Positions 25,884-39,398 of a stretch of DNA of 64,000 nt are shown here, one piece after another. The notes under the pieces are model-generated. The model was not told the DNA's origin, did no database searches, and saw only the letters and a program-made list of their open reading frames with translations. How positions within the stretch are numbered: the first letter of the stretch is position 1; every line of letters begins with the position of its first letter. The position numbers and the translations under genes are program-made. Location: assembly GCA_951406725.2 (NCBI GenBank), contig OX597822.1, positions 75,392,001 to 75,456,000 of the forward strand, in the 5' to 3' direction. This stretch comes from Octopus vulgaris (Eukaryota).

Positions 25884-26802
25884 AAGGCAATATTTCTAAC
25901 AGACCTTCTATTTAATGCTGATGGAGCTCAATTTCTCCATTTCAATGAGGAGAATAAAAGACAAATACATGCAATTGATTATTATTATTATTATTTTTTA
26001 TTTTTTACTCTCTCTCTCTCCTCATTTTGTCTTTAAGTAATTTATCGGAACTTTGGAGATAAAAGGATCATACATTTCTTTTTCTTCTAATCTTTATTTC
26101 TTAGCTTGCTGAAATTTTAAGATTAGGGAACTTAATTGCATCTTCTTTCCTTACGCAATGACATAATAATTGTGAAGCGGTTCACATTCTCCATTTGTAC
26201 GGAAACTGCAGGAATTGGCATTCAAAGACACTCAGCATCTATTTACTTACCTTTTTTTGTTTTTATCTTTGTATTTATTTCGCGATAAATTATTTTCTTC
26301 CGTTGGTTTTAACGTTTAAACAGTTTCTTTCTCAATTCATTTATATTACTTAGATAAAATTCATGAATGACAATTCTAGCCGAAAGAATACGCACCGTTC
26401 ACGAGATGATTAATTGTGGTGGTGGCGGTGGTGGTGGTGCTGCTGGTGTTGGTGGTTGTGCAACTAATGCACAGAACGACTTCGTCCTAAAGTAAGTAAA
26501 AATAAAGAGGATACGTAACACATATCATTTTGTATATTTACACGCACACGCACACACACACACACACACAAACATACACACACACACACATGTACATATA
26601 TATATATGCATTGATGCGTGCATATATACGTACGTACGTAAATACATACACTTGTTTTTTTACTGAATAAATCAAAATAATGGTGTGTGTATGTGTGTAT
26701 GTGTGTATGTGTGTATGTATGTATGTATGTATGTGTCTTTGGTTGTGTGCATGTATGCATATTTGTATGTATGTCTATGTGTGTCTGTTTGTCTCGCAGT
26801 CG

Positions 26803-26844
<42 letters not shown>

Positions 26845-29800
26845 GTCTGTAAATGTATGTATGTATGTACGTGTGTATGTATACATATATGGTACATGTG
26901 TACGTGTATAATTCTATCAGTTACACGTAAATATATATAAACACACATACACACATTTACATCTTATATCGAATTTGTTTTGTAAAACGAATGAAGGCAA
27001 TGATGAATAAATACTGGAAGCAACTGAACATTGTGTAACATTATAAATATATTTGAAAGTTCTCGAAATCTTTGGCATATAATTAAATACAAAACACGAT
27101 ATTTTTAATAGGAAACTACATGAGTCAGCGTAGAATAAAGAAACAGACGTCTCGCTAAATACCAGACTCTTATTCATGTCAATGTCTTTATGACATTACG
27201 TTTCTTATTCTTTTTTTGTACTTGGAATTGTTTCAATTTTAACAGAGAACGAACTTGTTTTCTGACAAAGGAATGAAGTTCTAGCGCTGGAATTTAGATA
27301 ACAAAGTGGTAAAATGGAAATGTTTTACTTTGCATAATTTCACTGTTTTGTTTAGAGAGTTTATTTGTAAAATGCATAATAGCTGTTCACTTCTTTTCCC
27401 CTTTAAACAGTATAAAATATTCACGAAACCCAGATACGAAAATGGTGTGTTTAACCATACGTAAAGAAATGACTTTTTAATGTTGTCTGTAAAGCTTTTT
27501 TGTAGAAATTAGAGCCAAAACTGAAAGTTAGGGTGTATATGCATATTTCAGGAGCTATTGCTCCTCCATCAGCACCGCATCCAGCGCTGGCTCTAATTTT
27601 TATAAAAAAAGTCTGAAGAAATAACTTTAAAAGTGGCTCAATCGCACTGCTAACACTGGTAGGACACAGTGTTAACTCATAAGCCTTTAATATACTTGGT
27701 AGTATTTTGGTAGCATATTATAGTTCTAAAACAAAAAAGGGTGTTCCTACAAACAATTAATAAACACCTAAGGAAAATGCAACTTTAGGAAACCCCAATG
27801 ACTTTATTACGAACCCCAAAAGCAGGTTGATAAAGGTTGTTGAATAGACACCGGAAGGCTTAGTAAAAACATATAAAAGAACATTTGTGTTAGAATTTGA
27901 AACGTACATAGATTACGACAATGGAATGGTATCAGCACTTTCGTTAAGTGGCTCAGCAACATTTTCAATCAAAATAGATTGATTGATTACATTCACATAG
28001 TTATTATCAAATTTTGTTCTTCAGTTCCCAGTTACTCCTCCTCAAAGTCCACGAAACCTAGAGTGATACATTGAGTTGTTGATGAGTGCAATATCATCTA
28101 ATTCTGCGTTCAATGAAGCTACTAATTTCCCACAGAGACTCTGCAGGTATGCTGGATACTAATGATCCATTAAAACAACTCATTATTTTGATGGGTTATT
28201 TTGACGAGGTGAGTGTCTGCGACCTAGTTGTTTTATCCATCTTTGATAAGATTAGATCTCAGCTTAATACCTGAAAACATTTTTGGTATGGAAATTTGAG
28301 GAATGATGAATGAAGAAATTCTAAAAGAAAATCCAGAAGCTATTGCGATGGCCATTTTTTATTCCTTGTAATTATGATTAACTGAATAACAATGGTGCTA
28401 CAGAACAAGTTCCTTTAGAGAGAGAATGCACTAAACCACTAAAGATTATGAAGGATTCCAAAATACATCAATGAAATATAACTGCAAAAGTTTCCAAATG
28501 TCTAGAACATGGCGAATCTTAAAGGAATAGCACTCAAAAATCTGATGCAAAACAAAAAACGTGTATGTTCTCAACGTGTGTTGAGAACATAAACACGTGT
28601 CGATACTGTGCGTTTCTTTACGCAGTTTATGTATGCATGTGTGTGTTCCTGTGCGAGTGTGCATGCAGCAGGATAACTGCATCTTCGAAGAGTTCTCAGC
28701 TTACTGTGTACAGTACCAATTCGTCTGTGTCTGTGAAAGTCGGTGGAAATATAAATATGAAATAGTTCATAATTTACACGAGACAATAAAAGTTTCGTAG
28801 AGTCTGTTTCATACCCAAAATAACGTATGTGTATACTTGGCGGCACTGCTGCCATATTATGTATATTAATATAAGAATACATATGTATATGAGAGATGAG
28901 AGAGCGTTTCAAAGAGAAATGAGAGGGTGAATGTCAGCGAACGAGTGAGAGAGAGAATTGTGAAGCGTGGGTGAAAATACGTGGGAGACAATCACCCTTA
29001 TTCTGGCGAAACGAGGGCATAGTTCCCTACCACCCACAACTGCAATGATCTCTAGGGGTCAATAGATAAGGCAAGCGATTTATAAGAGAGAACTATGAAT
29101 GGCAATCATTGAATGGTCAAAGATAAAGTCAAAATTGGTCATGAATGTGGTATTAATAGAAAAATTTAATGAATGTTGTGAAAGAGGTGAACTGATTTTG
29201 AATGCAAGTAGAAAAATATTCATGAAATGAGGTAGCTGTGTGAAGTTTAGTTTTTTTGTGTGACTGACAAGAAGGCGAGAGTAGACGAGCTGTCCACTGA
29301 AATGTTGACGCTCTAGCTTTTCGATGGTGTCACATTGATGTTTATTAATATGAAGAAATGTCCAAATAAAGATGGATGTATATATGTACGTTCTCTTCTG
29401 TTTTTAATTATTTAAAGTCTTACTATGTGTAAGTAGATGGTTTCTAACAAAGATACAGAACTCCATCATTGGACTGTATATAACAAAAATAGATTTTCCT
29501 TTCAAAAGTTTGATAAGTCTTGCATATATCTACTACACACATACACACACACACACAACAGAAATATGTTTCAAAAGAAAAATAGAAACTACACGTGGAA
29601 AAGATATGGGGAAAGTAAGAAGATAGAAGCGAAAATGCGCATTGAATATAAAAAAGGCTTTTTTATGAAATAAATACAATTAGATGAACTGAGGTAGAAT
29701 TAAGAGGAATTAAATTCATTATTTTGAATTGTTAAAAAGATTCAAAGTCAAACCGGTGTCGTCATTGGTGATAAAAATGGCTATGCCAATATGCTGATAA

Positions 29801-29948
29801 ATAGACTTTAAACCGTCAAACACCACATACAGCATACATCAGTGATGTATATTGTTTATAATTGTATATAATTTTCACCTTAAAAGGTATTTGAATAAGC
29901 TGGCCACTTCATGAAAGTTTTTTGAAAAATAATCTTCTGTAATTAGAA

Positions 29949-29989
<41 letters not shown>

Positions 29990-30099
29990 GGATATATATA
30001 TATTAAGGATATATATATATTAAGGATATATATGTGTTTATACTGGGATTGAAGAAAATAATTGGAACACATGTTAAATTCAATGAAATTTATTTAATA

Positions 30100-31045
30100 T
30101 TTTACGTTCTAACTTTAAATCCCAACGAGGTCGGTTTCGTCTTTCATCCTTTCGAGGCCGACGAAATAAAGTACCAGTTGAAATAAAGTACCACCTTGGA
30201 TCGATGTAATCGAATATCCTCTACCCCACAAAATTCCAGGCCGTGTGCTTATAGTAGAAAGTAAACAACATGTATGGATATATGTATGAAGCAGTGTGTA
30301 TTGTACATTTACATAGTAGTACTCCGTCGGTTAAGACGGTGAAGGTCCCAGCTAATACGATCAACGGAACAGCTTGCTGGTGAAATTAATGTGCAACTAG
30401 CTAAGCACTCCATAGACACGTATACACTTAACATAGTTCTCAGGGAGGTTCAACGTGACAAACGTGTGACAAAGCTGGCCATCTGAAATATAAGTACTAC
30501 TCATTTTTGCTGACTGGACTAGAGCAACGTGAAATAAAGTGTCTTGCTCAAGGACACAACGCGTCGCCGGGAATTGAACTCACGACCTTACGATCGTGAG
30601 CTGAATACCCTAACCACTAAAACCATGCAATTCACACATTTACTGGTAGAAACGTTAGCACGCCGGGCGAAATGCATAGTTGTATTTCGTCTGTCTTTAC
30701 GTTCAGAGTTCAAATTCCACCGAGGTCTACTTTGCCTTTCATCCTGTCGGGGTCGATAAATTAAGTACCAGTGAAATACTATGTTCGATGTAATCGACTT
30801 AATCCTTTTGTTTATTCTTGTTTGTCCCCTCTGTGTGTAGCCCCTTGTGGGCGGTAAAGAAATAAGAAACGTTAGCACGTCGGACGAATTGCTAAGCGGC
30901 ATTTCGTTTGTCTTAACGTTCTGAGTTCAAATTCCGCCGAGGACCATTTTGCCTTTCATCCTTTGGGGGCCAATAAATCAAGTACCAGTTGCCTCCATCC
31001 CCCAACCCCCAAATGTCAGGCCTCGTGCTTACAGTAGAAAATATT
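30100..31045. mobile_element. SINE cluster: A (+) 30100-30262, B (-) 30320-30625, dimeric A (+) 30643-31045
   Basis: Family motifs as described above. Confidence 0.85.
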
Positions 31046-31418
31046 ACTTATATACATAAGCACACACTTGTATGTTATATTGCTATCTGTGGTAATTTAT
31101 GCATTTGAATGTAAAACGCTTTTGTGCCGTCAAAATGAACGTACTTCTATTTTCTATTTCCAAAAATGGAAATTCCTTTTGATACAGACTTGATCTCAGC
31201 ATAAAATGGAATATAATCGTTCCAGAATATAAATCCTTAGAAAATATTTTGATTTTTCTTCATACATGCATACATACATACATTCGTCCGTTCATACCTA
31301 CCTACTTACATAAATACATACATACATACATGCATACATATAGGTACTATGTATATATATATATATGTGTGCATATATATTGGTATATACATATACATAC
31401 GTATTTATGTGTTTATAT

Positions 31419-31458
<40 letters not shown>

Positions 31459-31528
31459 GTATAACATTTATATATATATATATAAGTATATATATCCGTA
31501 TATATATATATATATATATATGTCAATA

Positions 31529-31603
<75 letters not shown>

Positions 31604-32687
31604 ATACATACACACACATATATATATATATATAAACAACCATCAATATTCATGGACAAAAATAAAATGTTTTTCTGTGTATATACCCTGAAACGATTTG
31701 TTTATTTATATAAAATCGTGAGATGAATCTTATTCGTTATTTTACGATGTCATACTTACGTTGCTAGCCAAACCCCGCACGATGTTACACAGAATACACT
31801 TGTTTACACTTGCGTCGTTACTCTGGCTCTGTCACCACCACCACCACCACCGCGTATCGGCTTTATGGAACTAACAGTCAGGAAGAATAACAGAGAATGA
31901 AATAATTTAATGAAAAACGCGAAAAAGGATTCTAGATAAAACGAAGTATAATAGAGAACGGAAAATCCTTTTTCAAGATTTCTTGTATTTTAATTTTTTG
32001 AGGAGACTATTTACTTCCGGTTCACAAAGAAAATGGAATGTTTTTTATTTTATTTTCAGTATCATCTTATTAAAATTACACTGATTGAAAATAATATTCT
32101 GCAGGCGTTAAAACATTACCATATCTTGATACTCTTCAGGAAAAATGAATCGAGGAAATGAAACGTGTTCTAAAGAATTATAATAAATCATGAAATACAT
32201 GAAAGAAAAAAAAAAGGAAAAAGAAAAATATTGTTAAATTATTAAATAAAACTCATTTCTCTATATTTCGAAGCTTCATTTTGTAATCGGAAATATTTTA
32301 TTAATTTATAATTTTTTTGTGCTTTTAGATAAGGCAAATCTAATATTTGAAAATGTCTTAAATGTTCCGATTCTAGATTAGATTAGACAACTTGTAGTTC
32401 TCATTAGGCAAGCTTCAAGTGCGTTATCTCTCTAGGTCGATGGTTTGTATTGGATGAGACAAAGTTATCTGGAAGAGCAGCCCTCTGACTGAAATTCCAA
32501 GTATATTCCACTTCACATTTTTTCCTACCCAACCCTCTCTCTCATTCTCTCTCTCTCTCTCTCTCTTTCTCTCCCATCTTTCTGTTCTCTCCTATCTCCT
32601 CTTCTTCGGTTCTCAAATTATTTTAAAAACTTTAAATAAATAATAATAATTGCTTCATTAGGTACGAAAACAAGTGAAGGAGGAAAG

Positions 32688-33094
<407 letters not shown>

Positions 33095-33291
33095 GCACTC
33101 TTTAGATACAACAGCAACAACACTAATAGCAGAAGATGCTGTACTCACAATAATGATGACAACAACAATTACGTGGTTTTTTTAATGTTAAGTATTTTTT
33201 ACACGTAGTTTGTGGTGTTTGTTTATTGTCTGGGTGTAGTCTGTGGTAAGTATCAAAAATATCCAATACTAAGTAGTCAGTCAACCACTGC

Positions 33292-33338
<47 letters not shown>

Positions 33339-33339
33339 T

Positions 33340-33555
33340 AGTAGTTTTATATTTATAGCGTGCTTTCACTTCACTATCGAGCGCAGCTCTGTATGCCCTG
33401 GGCATGTGCTGTGATTTGTTGTGATGCTCCGATGGTTACTGTATTGAAAGTGTTTTGCGTAGGATGTGTGCAGTGCCCAGTAGTGCAATTTTCTGTATGT
33501 TATATATATTTGTAAGTCATGGTGTTTTTTGCTATGTATTTGTCTGAATAGTTTA
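33340..33555 (-). mobile_element. R4/Dong-clade non-LTR retrotransposon, short 3' fragment inside (TAA)n
   Basis: The minus strand reads YSDKYIAKN...IYNIQKIALLGTAHILRKTLSIQ*, a typical RLE-clade C-terminus. It is followed by a 3' UTR and (TAA)n at 33293-33338. Confidence 0.85.
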
Positions 33556-33571
33556 TTATTATTATTATTAT

Positions 33572-33987
33572 TGAGTGAGAGAGCAGTGCATGCCATCAAA
33601 GTGACACTGGGGTAAAATATACGAAGCCCAATATACCCATCATGACTACCCGTCTGATAAAGGTACACCAGGCACATGCATCACAACCATATGTGCGCGA
33701 CATGGTGATCTCATATCAAGATAAACAGCACATGACCTTGCAGGTGGGGCTCAGTTAGAATTTTCTTCAGGTTGAGTAGCCCATCCCGCTCAAAAGGTCC
33801 CCGAATAAGGGTTGTTTAAGGATGTTGAAAGAACCACCCATGTTTCCAGAGGTGAATTATTCAAACCCCAAACAATCCCTCTCAACACATGGCTATGATG
33901 CTCCCCCACTACTTCTGCTCGTGATCAGAGATGCACATATCGTCAGCCACTAAGGGACATGCTCAACTGGTTAAGGTCAAATAACTG

Positions 33988-33989
<2 letters not shown>
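33572..33989 (-). mobile_element. about 418-bp element inserted in (TAA)n, probably a non-autonomous retroposon
   Basis: A sharply bounded non-repetitive block between (ATT)n tracts at 33553-33572 and 33989-34040. No recognisable tRNA head or protein domain. Strand inferred. Confidence 0.6.
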
Positions 33990-34064
<75 letters not shown>

Positions 34065-34174
34065 TAGGTAAAGTTGATCTTGACAGAATTTGAATTCACA
34101 ACTTAAAGTCGAAAGAAATACTGCTTAACATTTTGTTCGGTGTTCTAAAGATTCTGTCAGCCACACTCCGTAAT

Positions 34175-34231
<57 letters not shown>

Positions 34232-34234
<3 letters not shown>

Positions 34235-34672
34235 CTTTTACTCGTTTCAGTCATTTGACTGTGGCCATCCTGGAGCACTGCCTGTAGTCGAGCAAATCGA
34301 CCCCAGGACTTATTCTTTGTAAGCCTAGCACTTATTCTATCGGTCTCTTTTGCCGAACCGCTAGGTGACGGGGACGTAAACACACCAGCATCGGTTGTCA
34401 AGCGATGTTGAGGGGACAAACACAGACACACAAACATATACACATACACATACAAACACACACAAACACACACACGCACACACACATATATATATATACA
34501 TACATATATACGACGGGTTTCTTTCAGTTTCCGCATACCAAATCCACTCAGAAGGCTTTGGTCGGCCCGAGGCTATAGTAGAAGACTGTTGCCCAAGGTG
34601 CCACGCAGTGTGAGTTAACCCGGAACCATGTGGTTCGTAAGCAAGCTACTTACCACATAGCCGCTCCTACGC
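34232..34672 (-). mobile_element. family C SINE, full length
   Basis: Complete tail (CTCTTTTACTCGTTTCAGTCATTTGACTG...), internal (CA)/(TA) microsatellite, and head (...CCCGGAACCATGTGGTTCGTAAGCAAGCTACTTACCACATAGCC). Confidence 0.92.
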
Positions 34673-34689
34673 TCCTATGTTATAATAAA

Positions 34690-35559
34690 TTTGAAGCGGA
34701 AAAGTACACAAAGTGAAAAACAGCATGGGAGGAAAAAAGTGTGCGGACAGTTTAAAAGAGATATGAACGCCAAAAAAGATACAGAAGGCCGGTAGCTATG
34801 GATGAGGAGGATTGACCCGAAGATAGAGACAGAAGCACTCATACGCGCAGCTCAAGAACAAGCGTTATGGACTAACTATGTGAAGTGCAGCATAGATAAC
34901 AACACCGATAGTGACAAACGTAGAATTTGTAGTGAGAGGGGTGAAACGGTATAGCATATCATTAGGGAATGCCCGAGATTGGCACAACGCGAATACAAAA
35001 GACGCCATTACACTGTGGCAAGAATGATTCATTGGGAGCTCTGTGGAAATCAGGGTCCACAAAGGGCAAAGATGCGGTATGAGCAATCCCTAGAAGGAGT
35101 CACCGAGAATGAGAATTGCAAAATCTTGTGGGATACAATGATTCAGTGCAATCGCCTGTTCAGACATTGGAAACCGGGCATTGTTGCGTCAAATAAAAAG
35201 GAAAGAACATGCATGATAACCGGCATTGCATGTCCCGGTGAGAGCAGGATCAAAGAGAAAGAATAAGAAAAAAATAAACAAGTGGGAAATACAAAGTTTG
35301 TGGTCAAAGATGAGAGTAGACGTGATACCAATAGTAATTGGTACATTTGGATGTATCAGCACTGAACTACTAACATGCCTCAAAATGATAGCTGCAAATG
35401 TAGAAGTAGAACACCATCAAACATTTCCATTTCTTGAAACTGCAAGAATTTTTCGCAGAGTTCTTGAAACATGACCAGTGTCACCTTAGTCTGCTGGCTG
35501 TGGACAGCTGATACTTTCCATCATACCCAGGAAAACAAGCCGCGAGTTTTCAACGCTTA

Positions 35560-35560
<1 letters not shown>
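34690..35560 (+). mobile_element. 5'-truncated R4/Dong-clade LINE (zinc knuckle plus restriction-like endonuclease), degraded, ending in (TAA)n
   Basis: ETEALIRAAQEQALWTNY..RRICSERGETV*HIIRECPRLAQREYKRRH..VARMIHWELC...KILWD..IQ....KPGIV...CMITGIACPG...VIPIVIGTFG...LETARIFRRVLET*, then an about 85-bp 3' UTR and (TAA)n. Confidence 0.93.
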
Positions 35561-35615
<55 letters not shown>

Positions 35616-35622
35616 TATAATA

Positions 35623-35662
<40 letters not shown>

Positions 35663-35676
35663 TAATCATAATACTA

Positions 35677-35721
<45 letters not shown>

Positions 35722-35733
35722 ATAATAATAATA

Positions 35734-35773
<40 letters not shown>

Positions 35774-35800
35774 GTAGTAGTAGTAGTAGTAGTAGTATTA
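35560..35800. repeat. palindromic compound microsatellite (TAA)n(TAC)n(TAA)n(TTA)n(TAG)n
   Basis: Read directly; the strand of the triplets flips at about 35733. Confidence 0.95.
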
Positions 35801-36006
35801 ATTGATTTCGATGAGTTTTAAGCAATTTATCAGATATTTACAGAGTGCTTATGAGTTTTTGTGTCACCCGTATATTTAACTTCAATGAAAAATTCAATCA
35901 ATATCAACACCAAATGCTTCCTGTCATTTGCTTCCGTATCACCCAGCTGGGCATTGGCCATATACAAGAATATAGAAGCTTTCCTTGTCAATACTTCGGT
36001 ATGGAA

Positions 36007-36220
36007 AGGCGGCGAGCTGACTGTAACGTTAGCACGCCTGGCGGCAGCCTTAGCGGTTTTTCGTCTGTCTTTACGTTCTGAGTTCAATTTCCACCAAGGT
36101 AGACTTTGCCTTTTGCCCTTTCGGGGTCAATCAATTAAGTACCAGTTGCGTACTAGGGTCGATCTAATCGACTGATTCTCTTCCCCAAAATTTCGGGCCC
36201 TGTGCCTAGAATAGAAAAGA
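36007..36220 (+). mobile_element. family A SINE monomer with degenerate TSD
   Basis: GGCGGCGAGCTG...TAGAAAAG, flanked by AATACTTCGGTATGGAA and AATATTTCTGGATGGAA. Confidence 0.88.
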
Positions 36221-37449
36221 ATATTTCTGGATGGAATTTTGAAATCCTCTTTCTAATTTGGTCTCGTTATATTCTGAATCTTTCTGTTCCCGTTTTTCTA
36301 TTTTAATTACTGATGTCTGTTGTTACTTCTGCCTCTGTTCTATATATATTGGTTTCCCTAAGGGTAGAAAACAGACTTTTGTTCGGTTCATATTTTGTAG
36401 TTATTTCTGTTAGATTCTATTTATCTTTGCTCAATATACACATATATTTTTTACTCCTACACTACACATACATAGCTACATACATACTTCTATACGCATA
36501 TACTCACACACACATACACACACACATATATACGTATAGATATGCATATATGTATATGTCCATACGTACATGTATACATACATGTACATTTATACGTATG
36601 TACGTATATATATGTATATACATATATATATATGCATACATATATACATGTTTATATATGTATATGTTTGTCTGCATGTATGTATGCATGTATGTATATA
36701 TATATATTTTTATATATATATATATATGCATGTTTGTATCTATCAATATACATATATAAGAATACGTCCTTGTGTTCACAGTGTATATAATTTTCTAATT
36801 TTATCTATAGTTATTTATGTGCCACCTTCGAAGTACACTTATTATTTTACTTATTTTCCTATGTAATCTTGTTAATTCATTTAGTTTCCAATTGAAAACG
36901 TTGTACTGATGACTAATTACAAAAACAGCGAGAGTATGGATACCTATTATCTTGTTTTTCGCATTTAACTCAGTTTTAAGTATTAGTCTTATACATCTAT
37001 ATTTTTTCAAGCTTCTGCTAGTATTTGGGTATTGTATTCTGTCTACCTCATTAATTCCTAAGTATCTGTAAGCCTGTGTTTGGCCTAATTTTTATATCTC
37101 TCTTCCTTATCTGACGCGATAGGAATAGTTTTTGCTAATTTTCATCACTTGAAGGTTGCTTTGGTGCAGTTTTCTAAACTAGATTTTAATCTAATTTCCC
37201 ATCAGACTATTTACAATTTACGTAACTGCGTTTCTAATTATTTGTTATTTGCTGCATACATCTGAAATCTATTGCAATAGTATTTGTATTTGCTGTCCAT
37301 TAAGGTGTTGCATGCTTGTTAACGATGTCAACGTTGGAGGAGAGAAAAGGTAGAGAGGTTGTGTCCCCTTGGATTACTCCTGCTTTAATAGATATGACAT
37401 TTGGTATCTATAATATTTCATTGTGTTCCATTTATTTTTCGTCTGAAAT

Positions 37450-38502
37450 TTGTTTCCGTCACTTGACTGCAGCCCTGAAGAGCTTTAGTCGAACAAATCG
37501 ACACTGCTGCATATTTTAAGGCCTGGTACTTAACTTTCGCCGAACTGTTCACAGGGACGTAAACAACCCAATACTGGTTCTAAAACAGTGAGGAGAAAAA
37601 TACAAATAGAAAGATACGCAGACAGGCAGACACAAACACATACATGTATATAATGTATATATGTATATATGTTAGTTAGTTAGTTAGTTAATTTGGCTCA
37701 AAAGCAGATAGCAAGGCCATGTAGGGGGACATGGAGTTAAGTACAGGGTGGTGTTCATGTAAAGAGTTAAGGCCACTTGAGGTCCAGGGAGGCTTTGAAC
37801 AAAGCGGTCGTCGGCATCTTCACCATCTCGTCTGGCAGCTTGTTCCACGGATCCGCAACCCGGACGGAGAAAGCTCCTCTCCTTCGATTGAGATGAAATC
37901 GTCGCAGGTAGAGCTTTTCGGAATGACCCCGCAGCCGACGCTCTGGAGCAGGAGTGAAGAACAGCTCTTTCGAGAGGTTACACTTTCCGCTTATGATGTT
38001 GTGGGCGAGAATGAGATCACCACGGCGGCGGCGTTTTTCAAGAGAATAAAGGTCGAGCGTCCTCAGCCTTTCTTCGTAGGACAAATTTTTGAGACCATGA
38101 ACCATGCGGGTAGCCAGCTTCTGGACTCTTTCGAGATGCTGTATGTCTTTGAGGAGATAAGGAGAAGAATCTTGAATCCCATACTTCAATATGGGTCTCA
38201 CCAGCGTGACATAGAGTGGTAGGAATATGGCTGCTGTGAGCATTCCGAATGACCGTCGAATCAAGAACAGAATTCCGCGTGCTTTGTTGGCAGCATGGAC
38301 GCACTGGGCCGAGGCGAAAAGGAGGAATCCACCAAGATACCCAGGTCCTTTACCTGATCGGTCCTCTCCAGCAGCAGACGACCCGGCTCGAAATCAAGTT
38401 GAGTTGCAGGGGTAGAGCCGACAGGCAGATGACAGCACTTTGACACGTTCAGACACAGGTCCCAATCGTTAGACCACTTCCATATATATGTATATGTATG
38501 TA

Positions 38503-38548
<46 letters not shown>

Positions 38549-38550
38549 CG

Positions 38551-38587
<37 letters not shown>

Positions 38588-38690
38588 TTTGGAATCAGTA
38601 CCAAGCTTCTATATATGAAACATATATACATATATATGACGGGTTTCTTTCAGTTTCCGTCTGTCAAAATATTTTCGTCGCTTTGAGACC
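37450..38690 (-). mobile_element. family C SINE hosting the CR1 insertion in its internal microsatellite
   Basis: The tail half lies at 37450-37670 and the head-side half (GACGGGTTTCTTTCAGTTTCCGTCT) at 38483-38690. Confidence 0.8.
37671..38482 (-). mobile_element. 5'-truncated CR1-group LINE (RT C-terminus, 3' UTR, (TAAC)n tail)
   Basis: ORF 37767-38264 reads FLPLYVTLVRPILKYG..SPYLLKDIQHLERVQKLATRMV.GLKNLSYEERLRTLDLYSLEKRRRRGDLI...RGHSEKL...FSVRVADPWNKLP. Upstream it reads WSNDWDLCLNVSKC and KDLGILVDS. GTTA repeat at 37671-37690. Confidence 0.95.
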
Positions 38691-39091
38691 GTGACCTGTT
38701 CACTCTCAGCGAATTTAACGGTTTTTGTGTGCTTCTTAAATGGCTTATAAACACCTTCCACGCTCCAATTGTTTATATATATATATATACATACATACGC
38801 ACACATACATGCATACATACATATACACACACGTAGTGGTGGACATGTATGTGTGTATCTGAAACTACACACGAATATATACAAGAACAATGGTAGTAAC
38901 GTACCAGAAGTAAAGTATATAAGAAACATCGAAGAGTAAAAATTGTTTTATTGACTGAAGCTAAACTGCTATCTGACGAAACGTTATTACACGCGGAAAT
39001 TTACGAGTAACGGATTTATAACTTCGGTCAATACAATGTGCGTTTATAAAAATAATATTTATATAATACATATACACAAATAGGCTCCTAC

Positions 39092-39141
<50 letters not shown>

Positions 39142-39310
39142 GCATATACATACACATACACAAATATATTATGTATACACATTAGTAGTATATATATATA
39201 TATACATATATATATATGCGTATATATGTATATATATGTGTTTATATACATACACACACATTCATATATGTATCTGTATTTGCATGCTCACTCGTTCTCA
39301 CTTTCTCTCA

Positions 39311-39398
<88 letters not shown>

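Noticed and set aside
37731-38222. 163-aa plus-strand ORF
   Set aside because: It is the antisense shadow of the CR1 RT frame.
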